Source: a virus (Duplodnaviria > Caudoviricetes). Taken from it: 64,000 bases of DNA. Positions 1-8,497 of the stretch are shown here, piece by piece. The translations under genes were made by a program, and so were the position numbers. Each line of letters starts with the position of its first letter. The first letter of the stretch is position 1. The DNA is taken from positions 587-64,586 of the IMG/VR virus record IMGVR_UViG_2882447294_000001. The stretch is one strand, 5' to 3'. The notes under the pieces were generated by a model that ran no database searches, was not told the origin of the DNA, and worked only from the letters and a program-made list of their open reading frames with translations.

Positions 1-267
1 AAAAAACCCGGCCTCTCCCCAGGCCGGGCTCATTCGAATACTGTTGCTGAACTTGATCCTACCACCCAGACGGGACGAGTGCTAGAGGCGCTGAGGCGCC
101 ATCCGATGAGCGCCGCTGAATTGCAGTGGGATTTACGAATCGCCCACGCGCCAGCAGCGATCAGAGACCTGCGCAATCGGGGCTTCACCATCGTTACGGA
201 ATGGCACCCGCAACCTGCAAAGCCCAAGGCCAAGATCAAGCGCTATCGTCTGGTCGAGACCGAGTAG
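1..267 (+). CDS. Winged helix-turn-helix protein, 5' truncated by window edge
   Basis: Frame is open from base 1; 'RVLEALRRHPMSAAELQWDLRIAHAPAAIRDLRNRGFTI' wHTH pattern. Confidence 0.7.
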   Translation, partial: KKPGLSPGRAHSNTVAELDPTTQTGRVLEALRRHPMSAAELQWDLRIAHAPAAIRDLRNRGFTIVTEWHPQPAKPKAKIKRYRLVETE

Positions 268-319
268 CTGGCGCGAGGGTGTCGTGAAACACGACGCCCT
301 CGCCTCCTAGGAGGATGGC

Positions 320-721
320 ATGGCGAAGAAGAAGCGCGATCGGGTAGCTGCGCCCGGCGGCTTCCTCGCACTGCCCAAGCTACTGATGGAGCAGCGGGAC
401 TTCCGCGAGTTGTCACCGTCTGCCCTGAAAGTGCTGATAGTGCTGGGAAGCCAGTACAACGGCCGCAACAACGGCAATCTGGCCGCCACTCATTCGATGA
501 TGGATGTGTGGGGCGGCATGGCCAAGGCAACGCTGGCCAAGTCGCTGAGGGAGCTGCAAGACCGCAACCTGATCAGCAAGACTCGAGAGAATCGGCGTGG
601 CCGAGAAGGTGCCCGCTGTGCGCTGTTCGCGCTCACGTGGCACACCATCGACGATTGTCCGGGTAAGGATCTGGACGTGGTGCCGAGCATCATCCCACAG
701 CGAAGGTTGTCCCAGGCCTGA
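320..721 (+). CDS. wHTH replication initiator-like protein of the satellite
   Basis: GGAGG RBS; 'LSPSALKVL..YNGRNNG..KATLAKSLREL..NLI' wHTH; lies just before the repeat-rich putative origin. Confidence 0.65.
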   Translation: MAKKKRDRVAAPGGFLALPKLLMEQRDFRELSPSALKVLIVLGSQYNGRNNGNLAATHSMMDVWGGMAKATLAKSLRELQDRNLISKTRENRRGREGARCALFALTWHTIDDCPGKDLDVVPSIIPQRRLSQA

Positions 722-739
722 ACAGATTGTTCACCTCTT

Positions 740-768
740 TCGACCCGCCCTTGAGGCGGGTCGATTTT
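740..768 (+). terminator. Intrinsic terminator
   Basis: TCGACCCGCC-cttga-GGCGGGTCGA followed by TTTT. Confidence 0.6.
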
Positions 769-770
769 CA

Positions 771-911
771 CCGCGTTCAAAATTTGCCACCCACGGTGGC
801 AAAAAATGAACCCTTATCCAGTTGAGGATGCTGCCACCTTTAAATAAGGGTTCAAAAAATGAACCCTTATCCGGGATTTTCGATTTTTACCGCGTTCAAT
901 AATTGGACACC
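771..911. repeat. Putative satellite origin: four imperfect palindromes, consensus GTTCA-N5-TGAAC
   Basis: Perfect ATAAGGGTTCA-aaaaa-TGAACCCTTAT at 844-870; variants near 775-789, 797-811 and 894-908; AT-rich. Confidence 0.65.
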
Positions 912-1056
912 CTTCTAGAGTTACCACCCTGTGGGGGTTTGAAGGTGATTACGAGTCACTTTTAAAACACCTATGCAACGATATATCATTGCGTCTATGG
1001 TGGATATTCGTACAGTGCCACCAGCCCAACCCGACACCGCCACAAGGTGAATCATC

Positions 1057-2274
1057 ATGAAATTGAGTGCCCTACGTGAGCAGCGTTCCGCCAAGGTCGC
1101 CGCCATGAAAAACCTGGTCGAAACCGCCTCCAACGAAGGGCGCGACCTGACCGCTGACGAAACCCAGAACTTCGACGCCCTCAAGGCCGAGGAGCGCAAC
1201 CTGGTCGGCCAAATCGAGCGAGCCGAGTATGTGGCCGATGCCGAGCGCCGCAGTGTCGCCACGCCCGTGAACAACGAAGCTGGCGGCGATCTGGACAAGC
1301 TGGCGCGTCAGGTCAGCGTGGTGAAGGTGATGCGCGCCCAGATGGAAGGACGATCACTTGACGGCGCCGAACGCGAGTACAGCCAGGAAGCCGAACGCCG
1401 ATCGGGTCGCAAAGCTCAAGGCGCGTTCATTCCAATGCAGGCGCTCGAGACCCGTGCCAACGAGACCAGCACCGCCAGCCAGATTGTGCCGGTGCAGCAT
1501 CGCCCCCAGGACTACATCGGCGCGCTGCGTAATCGCCTGCTGGCTCGCAGTCTGGGCGTTCGCGTGCTGTCCGGCCTTTCCGGTGATGTCGCTATTCCCA
1601 AGTACGGCACCGGGCTGGCTACCGGCTGGGTGACGGAAGGCCAAGCGGTGCCCGAAGGCCAAATGTCGTTTGGTGACGTGAAGCTGACGCCCAAGCACGT
1701 GGGCGGCAAGACGGAGATGTCCCGTCAGCTCATCCAGCAGTCGAGCCCGGACATCGAGGAGCTGGTGCGCAGTGACTTGACCGCACTGATCGCCGAGCAA
1801 ATCGACCGCGCCATCCTCGCCGGTACCGGGACCGATGGCGAGCCGACCGGCATCCTCAATGCCGCTGGCATCCAGACCGCCAACCTGCCGAGCGACTGGG
1901 CAGGCGTACTGGGTCTGTCCGAGTTGCTGGAACTGGCCAACCTCGAGGCGATCAACTGGCTGGCGGCGCCGGGGATCAAGACCACTTACGCCAGCACCGA
2001 GAAGGTGCCGGGCAGCGGCTCCGGCTTCCTGCTGCAAGGTGGCCGGATGGACGACAAGCCGTTCAACGTCACCAACCAGATGCCGACCGATACCCTGCTG
2101 CTGGGCGACTTCAGCCAGGTGATGCTGGGGATCTGGTCGGAGCTCGACATTCTGGTCAACCCGTATGCCGAGCCGGCCTACAGCCGTGGCGGTGTTCAGG
2201 TGCGCGCGATGGCGACCGCCGATGTGGCGATTCGCCACCCGCAAGGCTTCGTTGTCGCCAAGCCGGAAGCCTGA
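1057..2274 (+). CDS. HK97-family major capsid protein with N-terminal delta domain
   Basis: Coiled-coil N-terminus, 'WVTEG', 'VKLTPKHVG..SRQLIQQS', 'LLGDFS', 'DVAIRHPQGF'. Confidence 0.95.
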   Translation: MKLSALREQRSAKVAAMKNLVETASNEGRDLTADETQNFDALKAEERNLVGQIERAEYVADAERRSVATPVNNEAGGDLDKLARQVSVVKVMRAQMEGRSLDGAEREYSQEAERRSGRKAQGAFIPMQALETRANETSTASQIVPVQHRPQDYIGALRNRLLARSLGVRVLSGLSGDVAIPKYGTGLATGWVTEGQAVPEGQMSFGDVKLTPKHVGGKTEMSRQLIQQSSPDIEELVRSDLTALIAEQIDRAILAGTGTDGEPTGILNAAGIQTANLPSDWAGVLGLSELLELANLEAINWLAAPGIKTTYASTEKVPGSGSGFLLQGGRMDDKPFNVTNQMPTDTLLLGDFSQVMLGIWSELDILVNPYAEPAYSRGGVQVRAMATADVAIRHPQGFVVAKPEA

Positions 2275-2276
2275 TC

Positions 2277-2798
2277 ATGGAAGTGCGCGCCAGCAACGAG
2301 ATGAAGCCCCAGGGGCGCAAGCTGACCGGCTATGTGTCCCGCTTCAACGAGCCTGCCGATCTGGGCGAGTTCGTCGAGGTCGTTCGGCCTGGCGCGTTCA
2401 CTCGCACGCTGGGCGACCCGAGAGCCCGCAACATCCGCGCCATCTACGAGCATGACGGCCGCGCCCTGCTGGGGAGAGTAGGTGCCGGCAGTCTGAGGCT
2501 GGCGGAAGATGCCGCTGGGCTCGCCTTCGAGATCGACCTACCCGATACCACGCTGGGCCGGGACCTAGCGGCACTGGTCACGCGCGGCGACGTGGCCGGC
2601 TGTTCGTTCGGCTTCCTGCCGGTGCGGGATCGCTGGATCGAGGAGAACGGGCGCCCGGTGCGTGAGCTGCTGGACGTTGACCTGTTCGAGGTGACGGTAA
2701 CGGCGGCACCCGCCTATGACGCCTCGAGCGTTCAGGTTCGCCATACCCAACACCGTGCCATTCGCTTGGCCCGGCTCTACCTGGAGGCCTGCCAGTGA
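2277..2798 (+). CDS. HK97-family prohead protease
   Basis: 'GYVSRFN', 'YEHD..LLGR', 'GCSFGF', 'LFEVTVTAAPAY'. Confidence 0.93.
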   Translation: MEVRASNEMKPQGRKLTGYVSRFNEPADLGEFVEVVRPGAFTRTLGDPRARNIRAIYEHDGRALLGRVGAGSLRLAEDAAGLAFEIDLPDTTLGRDLAALVTRGDVAGCSFGFLPVRDRWIEENGRPVRELLDVDLFEVTVTAAPAYDASSVQVRHTQHRAIRLARLYLEACQ

Positions 2799-3964
2799 AG
2801 CTTTTCCGACGCCGCACCGAGAAGCGGGCCGACGCCTACGACCGTTACTGGGACAAGGTGGCGGCCGTTCAGGACGTAGCCGGCGTGAACGTGACGCCAT
2901 CCAGCGCCGAGGGTATTTCCGCCGTCTATGCCGCCGTGGCAGCCATTTCCGAGAGCGTGGCGAGCCTGCCTCTCGACATCTACCGGCGCACGGAGGATGG
3001 CCGGGAGAAAGCCCGCTCCCATCCGCTGTACAAGGTGCTGCACACCGAGCCCAACTCGAAGCAAACCGCGCTCGAGTTCCGCGAGATGATGCAGCGCCAC
3101 GTGCTGCTGAGGGGCAATGCCTATGCCGAGATCCAGTGGAATCGTGCCGGGCGCGTCGAGGCGCTGCTACCGCTGCACCCTGATCGCGTGAGCGTGCTGC
3201 TGACCGACGATGATTCACTGATCTACGAGGTGAGCGATCGACGCGGCAACATCCGCCGGCTGCTGGCCGAGGAGGTGCTGCACCTTCGCTACCACACCGA
3301 TGACGGGATCATGGGAAGAAGCCCCATTCAGGTCGCGCGCGACACCGTGGGGCTAGCACTGGCCGAGCGCACGCACGGGGAACGGATGTTCGCCCAGGGC
3401 ACCAAGCTATCCGGAGTGATCCAGACGCAAGCTGGCACCACCAAGCAGCAGGCCGGCGACATTCGGGAGAGCTGGGCGGCTGGCTATGGCGGCGTGGGTA
3501 GCCATGGCAAGACCGCCGTCCTTCCTGCTGGCGCCGAGTTCAAGACCGTCAGCATGACGCTGGAGGATGCCGAGTGGATCGAGGCCCGCCGGATGAGTGT
3601 CGAGGAGGTGGCGCGCCTGTTCCGCGTGCCGCCTGTCCTGATCGGGGATCTGCGAGAGGCCAACTACTCCAACGCCGTGGAGCTGGGCCGGTACTTCGTG
3701 ACGCACACGCTGCGCCGGCACCTGGTGATGTGGGAGCAGGCGGCGGGCCGATCGTTGATCAACGACCCGGCCACCTTCTACGCCGAGCACAACGTGGAAG
3801 GGCTGCTGCGCGGCGATAGCCTCAAGCGCGCCCAGTTCTACCAGCGCTCGATCGAGGACGGCTGGATGATGCGTTCAGAGGTTCGTCGCCTGGAGAACCT
3901 GCCTACCGTGGAGGGTATCGACGATGCGCCCCGTCAAGAAGCAGCGCCGCGTACCGCTGAGTAG
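2795..3964 (+). CDS. HK97-family portal protein
   Basis: 'ISESVASLPL', 'LLRGNAY', 'GRSPI', 'VARLFRVPP', 'EVRRLENLP'. Confidence 0.95.
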   Translation: MKLFRRRTEKRADAYDRYWDKVAAVQDVAGVNVTPSSAEGISAVYAAVAAISESVASLPLDIYRRTEDGREKARSHPLYKVLHTEPNSKQTALEFREMMQRHVLLRGNAYAEIQWNRAGRVEALLPLHPDRVSVLLTDDDSLIYEVSDRRGNIRRLLAEEVLHLRYHTDDGIMGRSPIQVARDTVGLALAERTHGERMFAQGTKLSGVIQTQAGTTKQQAGDIRESWAAGYGGVGSHGKTAVLPAGAEFKTVSMTLEDAEWIEARRMSVEEVARLFRVPPVLIGDLREANYSNAVELGRYFVTHTLRRHLVMWEQAAGRSLINDPATFYAEHNVEGLLRGDSLKRAQFYQRSIEDGWMMRSEVRRLENLPTVEGIDDAPRQEAAPRTAE

Positions 3965-4256
3965 CGCGGCATGGCGCAAGCTGCGTGCCCAAGTGCTCGC
4001 AGAGGAGCCGCTGTGTCGACAGTGCGTGGCGCTGGGCATCGTCACCCCGGCTACTGATGTCGACCACATCGACAACGCCGAGGGCGACTACACGGACGAC
4101 AACAGCCGCGAGAACCTGCAGCCACTGTGCCACGAGTGCCACTCACGCAAGACGATGGCAGAGACCCAAGGCCGCGGCGCGACCGTCATCGGATGCGACA
4201 CGAGTGGAATGCCGCTCGACCCGGACCACCCGTGGCGAAAAATCACCAGCAACTGA
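3924..4256 (+). CDS. Packaging-associated HNH endonuclease
   Basis: 'EPLCRQC..DVDHI..NLQPLCHECHSRKT' next to the terminase genes. Confidence 0.9.
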   Translation: MRPVKKQRRVPLSSAAWRKLRAQVLAEEPLCRQCVALGIVTPATDVDHIDNAEGDYTDDNSRENLQPLCHECHSRKTMAETQGRGATVIGCDTSGMPLDPDHPWRKITSN

Positions 4257-4268
4257 CCCGGCCCACAC

Positions 4269-4278
4269 CGCCGCCAAA
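4269..4278 (+). other. Putative cos site (cosN)
   Basis: CGCCGCCAAA in the HNH-terS gap, the usual position for HK97-type cos. Confidence 0.6.
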
Positions 4279-4301
4279 GGTCGCTTTTATCGGTAACTGC
4301 C

Positions 4302-4763
4302 ATGAAATCCACGCCACGCCGACACCGATCCGACAGCGCTAAGGCCGCTGTGACGGCTGCCCAGGCCGCCTCTATGGGGCCGCTCGAGCCGCCGGCATTC
4401 GTGCGCGTGCGAGACCGTGACCGCCCGGCGTGGGACGCCATCGTGACCGCTCGAGCGCGTGACACGTGGACAGAAGCCGACCTGATGCTGGCGGCGCAAC
4501 TGGCCCGCGCCTATGGCGACATCGCGGAGCTGGAGGCCTACATCGACGAGAACGGCATGATTCTAGGCGATCAAATCAACCCGGCCTGCACGCTGCTGGA
4601 CAAGGTGAGCCGGCGAGCATTGGCGATGGCCCGCCAACTCAAGGTCGACACGATCAGCGTGGTGGGCAAGTCGCAGGATATCCACAAGGGTGCGGCACTC
4701 GAGCGTGGCGCCCGCCAGGGTATCGACGATGACGACGACCTGATTCCGAGGGCGCTGCAATGA
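4302..4763 (+). CDS. terS: Terminase small subunit
   Basis: Position, size, 'NPACTLL' motif, ATGA overlap with terL. Confidence 0.8.
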   Translation: MKSTPRRHRSDSAKAAVTAAQAASMGPLEPPAFVRVRDRDRPAWDAIVTARARDTWTEADLMLAAQLARAYGDIAELEAYIDENGMILGDQINPACTLLDKVSRRALAMARQLKVDTISVVGKSQDIHKGAALERGARQGIDDDDDLIPRALQ

Positions 4764-6256
4764 CCCGCGCCGATCGCGTGATTCGCTTCATCGAGCGCTA
4801 CTGCGTCACGCCTGAAGGTGCAGGCGTGGGCAAGCCGATGGTGCTGGCGGACTTCCAACAGCAGTTCATCCGCGACATCTACGACAACCCGGCCGGCACA
4901 CGGCGCGCGATCCTGTCGGTGGGCCGCAAGAACGGCAAGACCGGGCTGATCGCCGCCCTGCTACTGGCCCACCTGGTGGGCCCCGAGGCGAAGCAGAATA
5001 GCCAGCTCGTCTCCGGCGCCCTGAGCCGCGATCAGGCGGCGCTGGTATTCAACCTAGCGTCCAAGATGGTGCAGCAGTCGGCGGAGCTTTCGCGCATCGT
5101 GAGGATTGTGCCCAGTGGCAAGCGCCTCATAGGGCTGACGATGAATACGGAGTTCAAGGCGCTGGCGGCCGATGGCAAGACGGCGCACGGCCTGTCGCCG
5201 GTGCTGGCCATCCTCGACGAGGTGGGCCAGGTGCGCGGGCCACAGTCCGACTTCGTGGACGCGATCACTACCAGCCAGGGCGCCCACGAAAGCCCGTTAT
5301 TGATCACGATCAGCACGCAGGCGGCGAACGATGCCGACCTGCTGAGCCAGTGGATCGACGACGCGTTGCGCTCGAAAGACCCGCGCACCGTCTGCCGACT
5401 CTACGCCGCGCCCGAAGGCTGCGACCTGATGGACGAGGAGGCGTGGAAGGCTGCCAATCCAGCGCTTGGCATCTTCCGCAGTCAGGACGATATGCGCGAG
5501 CAGATGGCGCAGGCCGAACGGATGCCGAGCATGTCGAACACCGCGCGCAACCTGCTGCTGAATCAGCGCGTGAGCCTGGATAGCCCGTTCATCAGCCCGG
5601 ACGTGTGGGCCGGCTGCGCCGAGACGCCCGAGCCATTCGATGGCCCGGTCTATGGCGGGCTAGACCTGTCGGCTCGAACCGACCTCACCGCGCTGGTGCT
5701 GGTGGGCAAGGTCGGCGGCGTGTGGCAAGTGCGGCCTTACTTCTGGACGCCAGAGCAGGGGTTATTCGACCGCTCCAAGGCTGACCGCGCCCCCTATGAC
5801 GTGTGGGCGCGCTCCGGACTGCTTCGCACCACGCCCGGCGCCACCGTGGACTATGAGGCAGTGGCCGCCGAGCTGGCGGACATCCTGCAGGACGTGGATC
5901 TGCACGCGCTGGCCTTCGACCGCTGGCGCATCGACATCTTCCGTAAGGAGCTGGACCGGCTGGGCATCGAGCTACCACTGGTCCCTCACGGCCAAGGCTT
6001 CCGAGACATGGCGCCGGCACTCGATGCCCTGGAGGCGGAGCTACTGAACGGCCGCATCGCCCACGGCAATCACCCGGTGCTGACGATGTGCGCGGCCAAC
6101 GCCGTCGCCGTCACCGATCCGGCCGGCGCCCGTAAGCTGGACAAGTCGCGGCGAACCGGCCGCATCGACGGCATTCAGGCGCTGGCGATGGCAATGGGCG
6201 CCGCCCAGGGGGCCGAGGAGCCCGCCGATATCGAAACCGAGGTGTATTTCATATGA
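4760..6256 (+). CDS. terL: Terminase large subunit (cos type)
   Basis: Walker A 'GRKNGKT', Walker B 'ILDE', nuclease 'GLDLS..DLTA', 'RIDG..A'. Confidence 0.96.
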   Translation: MTRADRVIRFIERYCVTPEGAGVGKPMVLADFQQQFIRDIYDNPAGTRRAILSVGRKNGKTGLIAALLLAHLVGPEAKQNSQLVSGALSRDQAALVFNLASKMVQQSAELSRIVRIVPSGKRLIGLTMNTEFKALAADGKTAHGLSPVLAILDEVGQVRGPQSDFVDAITTSQGAHESPLLITISTQAANDADLLSQWIDDALRSKDPRTVCRLYAAPEGCDLMDEEAWKAANPALGIFRSQDDMREQMAQAERMPSMSNTARNLLLNQRVSLDSPFISPDVWAGCAETPEPFDGPVYGGLDLSARTDLTALVLVGKVGGVWQVRPYFWTPEQGLFDRSKADRAPYDVWARSGLLRTTPGATVDYEAVAAELADILQDVDLHALAFDRWRIDIFRKELDRLGIELPLVPHGQGFRDMAPALDALEAELLNGRIAHGNHPVLTMCAANAVAVTDPAGARKLDKSRRTGRIDGIQALAMAMGAAQGAEEPADIETEVYFI

Positions 6257-6534
6257 CGACCGTCACGCTGCAGGAAGCAAAGGACCATTTACGAATCCTC
6301 GAGGATGACGAGGACGCTTACATTACCGGGCTGCTGGCAGCCGCTGAGGGCCACGTAGCCGGCTACCTTGGCGATGACCTGCCCGAGCCGATGCCGGCGC
6401 CTGTGCGCGCCGCCGTCCTTCTGCTGGTCGGCGACCTGTACGAGCATCGCGAGCGGCAGAACGATCGGGCGCTGTACGAGAACGCCACGTTTCATCTGCT
6501 GCTGAACCCCTACCGATCGCACGAGGTGCTGTGA
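6253..6534 (+). CDS. Head-tail connector (HK97 gp6-like)
   Basis: 'TLQEAKDHLRI..DED', 'AVLLLVGDLYEHRE', 'LLNPYR'. Confidence 0.92.
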   Translation: MTTVTLQEAKDHLRILEDDEDAYITGLLAAAEGHVAGYLGDDLPEPMPAPVRAAVLLLVGDLYEHRERQNDRALYENATFHLLLNPYRSHEVL

Positions 6535-6860
6535 TGCGAGCGGGCAAGCTGCGACACCTGGTGACGATCCAGAACTTCAGCCAGACCCAGAACCAATATG
6601 GCGAGGTGATAACCGAGTGGATCGACGGCCCACGTATCCGCGCCAGTGTCGAGCCGCTGCGTGGGCGTGAATACTTCGCCGCAGCGCAGGTGAACGCGGA
6701 GACGACCTATCGCGTCCGATGCCGCTATCACCCGGAGCTGGCGACCGGTAACGCTACAAGCAAGCGCCTCACAGTACAGGGCATGATGTTCGAGATCGAG
6801 GCTGTGCTGGACGTGGAGCTGAAACACGAGTGGATGGAGATCATCTGCCATACGAGGTAG
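6531..6860 (+). CDS. Head closure / head-tail adaptor (SPP1 gp16-like)
   Basis: 'MRAGKLRHLVTIQ', 'ASVEPLRGRE', 'RCRY', 'FEIEAV'. Confidence 0.92.
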   Translation: MMRAGKLRHLVTIQNFSQTQNQYGEVITEWIDGPRIRASVEPLRGREYFAAAQVNAETTYRVRCRYHPELATGNATSKRLTVQGMMFEIEAVLDVELKHEWMEIICHTR

Positions 6861-6980
6861 GAACCCGCAGCCAGTGCGGTCCCAAGAGGGAATAGACTGG
6901 CCGGGGATCAGTCGGACAGTGCCCCGATCGAGCAAAACCCCGACAGCCGGCAGGCGCAGTTCCTCGCGCCGTGGCCGGCA
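6861..6980 (+). ncRNA. Candidate structured RNA with three hairpins, each loop having a complementary partner
   Basis: Pairings read by eye (see findings); no family recognised. Confidence 0.45.
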
Positions 6981-7030
6981 TCTCTTATTTTCTGCAAACC
7001 ATTGAAAAGCAATAATTCCTGCACAGGTCG

Positions 7031-7057
7031 GGGTTTTACGAAGGTCTCGTAAAACCC
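7031..7057. repeat. Perfect 11-bp inverted repeat
   Basis: GGGTTTTACGA-aggtc-TCGTAAAACCC. Confidence 0.7.
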
Positions 7058-7103
7058 ATCAAACGGTGGGATTTTCGGCACTACCCTCGAAAGCGCCTTT
7101 CGT

Positions 7104-7142
7104 TGCTACCTGTTGCCCGCCACTGCTACCTATTTGCTACCT
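7104..7142 (+). repeat. Three TGCTACCT direct repeats, probable integrase arm-type sites of the satellite
   Basis: Copies at 7104-7111, 7124-7131 and 7135-7142, about 70-100 bp from the att core. Confidence 0.6.
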
Positions 7143-7157
7143 AGTCGCTAAGCAACG

Positions 7158-7197
7158 AAAAACCGCCACCCGGCATGATCCGTAAGTGGCGGTTTTT
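7158..7197. terminator. Bidirectional intrinsic terminator downstream of the tRNA 3' end
   Basis: AAAAACCGCCAC...GTGGCGGTTTTT. Confidence 0.75.
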
Positions 7198-7208
7198 ACT
7201 AGCCATTC

Positions 7209-7253
7209 TGGTCGGAGCGACAGGATTCGAACCTGCGACCTCTGCAACCCCAT
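7209..7253 (-). tRNA. 3' half of tRNA-Pro(GGG): att-site duplication, not an intact gene
   Basis: Minus strand reads ATGGGGT-TGCAG-AGGTC-GCAGG-TTCGAAT-CCTGT-CGCTCCG-A-CCA; no D arm or 5' acceptor strand upstream. Confidence 0.9.
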
Positions 7254-7272
7254 TTTGGCGCCGATAGGTAGA

Positions 7273-7355
7273 TATGCCGTTGATAATAAAAGAGAAACGC
7301 GAGAATGGGATAGGGGCTAAAACGCTCGATTCGCTCCATATGAATCAATGGGTTC
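7273..7355. promoter_or_regulatory. Two IHF-like sites in the prophage att arm
   Basis: TATCAACGGCATA (minus, 7273-7285) and AATCAATGGGTTC (7343-7355) resemble WATCAANNNNTTR. Confidence 0.4.
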
Positions 7356-8497
7356 TATGAGGGTTTTGGAAGGGATAGCAAGGCGTTCATGTCGTACACA
7401 TTGCCTTTGGCAGCCTGCCAGCGTATGCCATGCCCGTCGAGGTAATGCTGGGTCATTTCTTCGTCGGCGTGCCCCATTAAAATTTGAATGTCGCCAATGG
7501 GCACGCCTTTGAGCTCGAGTAGCCGAGATCCTAGCGAGCGGATCTCATGGAAGGTCGGCTGTTCTTTTTCCGGCAGGCGCGCGATGCTTTGAACTTTCAC
7601 CCGCAACTCTGCGAACTGCCGAGAAATCTTGTCTGGCGTGACACTACTCCAATGCTCGCGTCTCTTCGCTGCTTTCGTTATCCGCCTCGGCGTTCTGTGG
7701 ACGATGAAAGGGGAGACTGGCGGTAATTGCCGACTTCGCTGAATGAGGCTTTCTATTGCTGGAGTCATCCCGATCGCGACGTAGGCGGTCTTTGAGCGCT
7801 CCCGCGTTTTCTGCCGGACGTAGTGTAGGGCGTTGTCGTAGATATGGTCGTACCGGGCTGCCGCGGCTTCGGCCCGGCCAAACAGGCAGACAAGAGCCAT
7901 CTCCATGGCGATCTGAAACCACTCGGGCGCCATGGCGTAAATCGCCTTGTATTGCTCGATGGTGAGCCGCCTGCGCTGCTTCTCGTAGGATTCATCGCTC
8001 TTCCGTGTCGGAGCTATCGGGTTTCCATTCATCCAGCCCTTCGTCTGCGCGTAGTCGAAGATCTGCGACAGCACCGACCGGTACTGGATGTACGGGTCGC
8101 CTTTGAAGTTTTCGTCTAGGTACTCGGCGCACCAACGAGTGTCTATCTGGTCCAGGCGCGCGTCACCACGATCTTTGATGATGCGACCCGTCCGGTAATG
8201 CTTGTTCTGCTTTGTGCTGTCACTGAGTTTTCGGTGATCGTCTACACGTTCTTTCAAGAAGAGCTTTGCCGCATGTTTGAGCGTGACCCCCTCCAAACCC
8301 ATCACGCGGGCGACCAGGTCAGAGCTCTTCATCAGGCGGGCATTGAGCACGCGAGCCGCCGCTTGTGCCTTGGCCTTATCGGAGCCCATACCGTGCCATT
8401 TTTGGGTAACCGGATTCTTGTACGAGTAATACCCGCGACTTTCATATAGATTGGGTTCCAGCCCTCGCTTGCTGCGAGAGCGCGGTCTTGCTGCCAC
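7355..8497 (-). CDS. int: Lambda-type tyrosine integrase
   Basis: Arm-binding N-terminus 'PNLY..GYYSYKNP', 'TFHEIRSL', 'LMGH..MT.HY'. Confidence 0.95.
   Translation of the reverse strand: MAARPRSRSKRGLEPNLYESRGYYSYKNPVTQKWHGMGSDKAKAQAAARVLNARLMKSSDLVARVMGLEGVTLKHAAKLFLKERVDDHRKLSDSTKQNKHYRTGRIIKDRGDARLDQIDTRWCAEYLDENFKGDPYIQYRSVLSQIFDYAQTKGWMNGNPIAPTRKSDESYEKQRRRLTIEQYKAIYAMAPEWFQIAMEMALVCLFGRAEAAAARYDHIYDNALHYVRQKTRERSKTAYVAIGMTPAIESLIQRSRQLPPVSPFIVHRTPRRITKAAKRREHWSSVTPDKISRQFAELRVKVQSIARLPEKEQPTFHEIRSLGSRLLELKGVPIGDIQILMGHADEEMTQHYLDGHGIRWQAAKGNVYDMNALLSLPKPS

Larger units (their letters stand above)
1..7200 (+). mobile_element. Capsid-forming phage satellite (cf-PICI-like), right portion; left end outside window
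   Basis: Complete HK97-type head and packaging module plus head-tail connector and closure genes but no tail or lysis genes; ends at arm-type repeats and a tRNA-Pro att fragment. Confidence 0.85.

Noticed and set aside
1354-2244. Long antisense ORFs (also 14457-15518, 36370-37161, 55135-56181, 61189-62040)
   Set aside because: Shadows of GC3-biased genes on the opposite strand, with no motifs or RBS.
6945-6990. HDV-like ribozyme, suggested by GCCGGC...TTCCTCGC...GCCGGC
   Set aside because: No P1.1 GG, P4, catalytic C or P2 3' strand follows; kept only as part of the unclassified RNA candidate.
7209-7253. Functional tRNA gene
   Set aside because: The 5' half is missing, so this is an att duplication.
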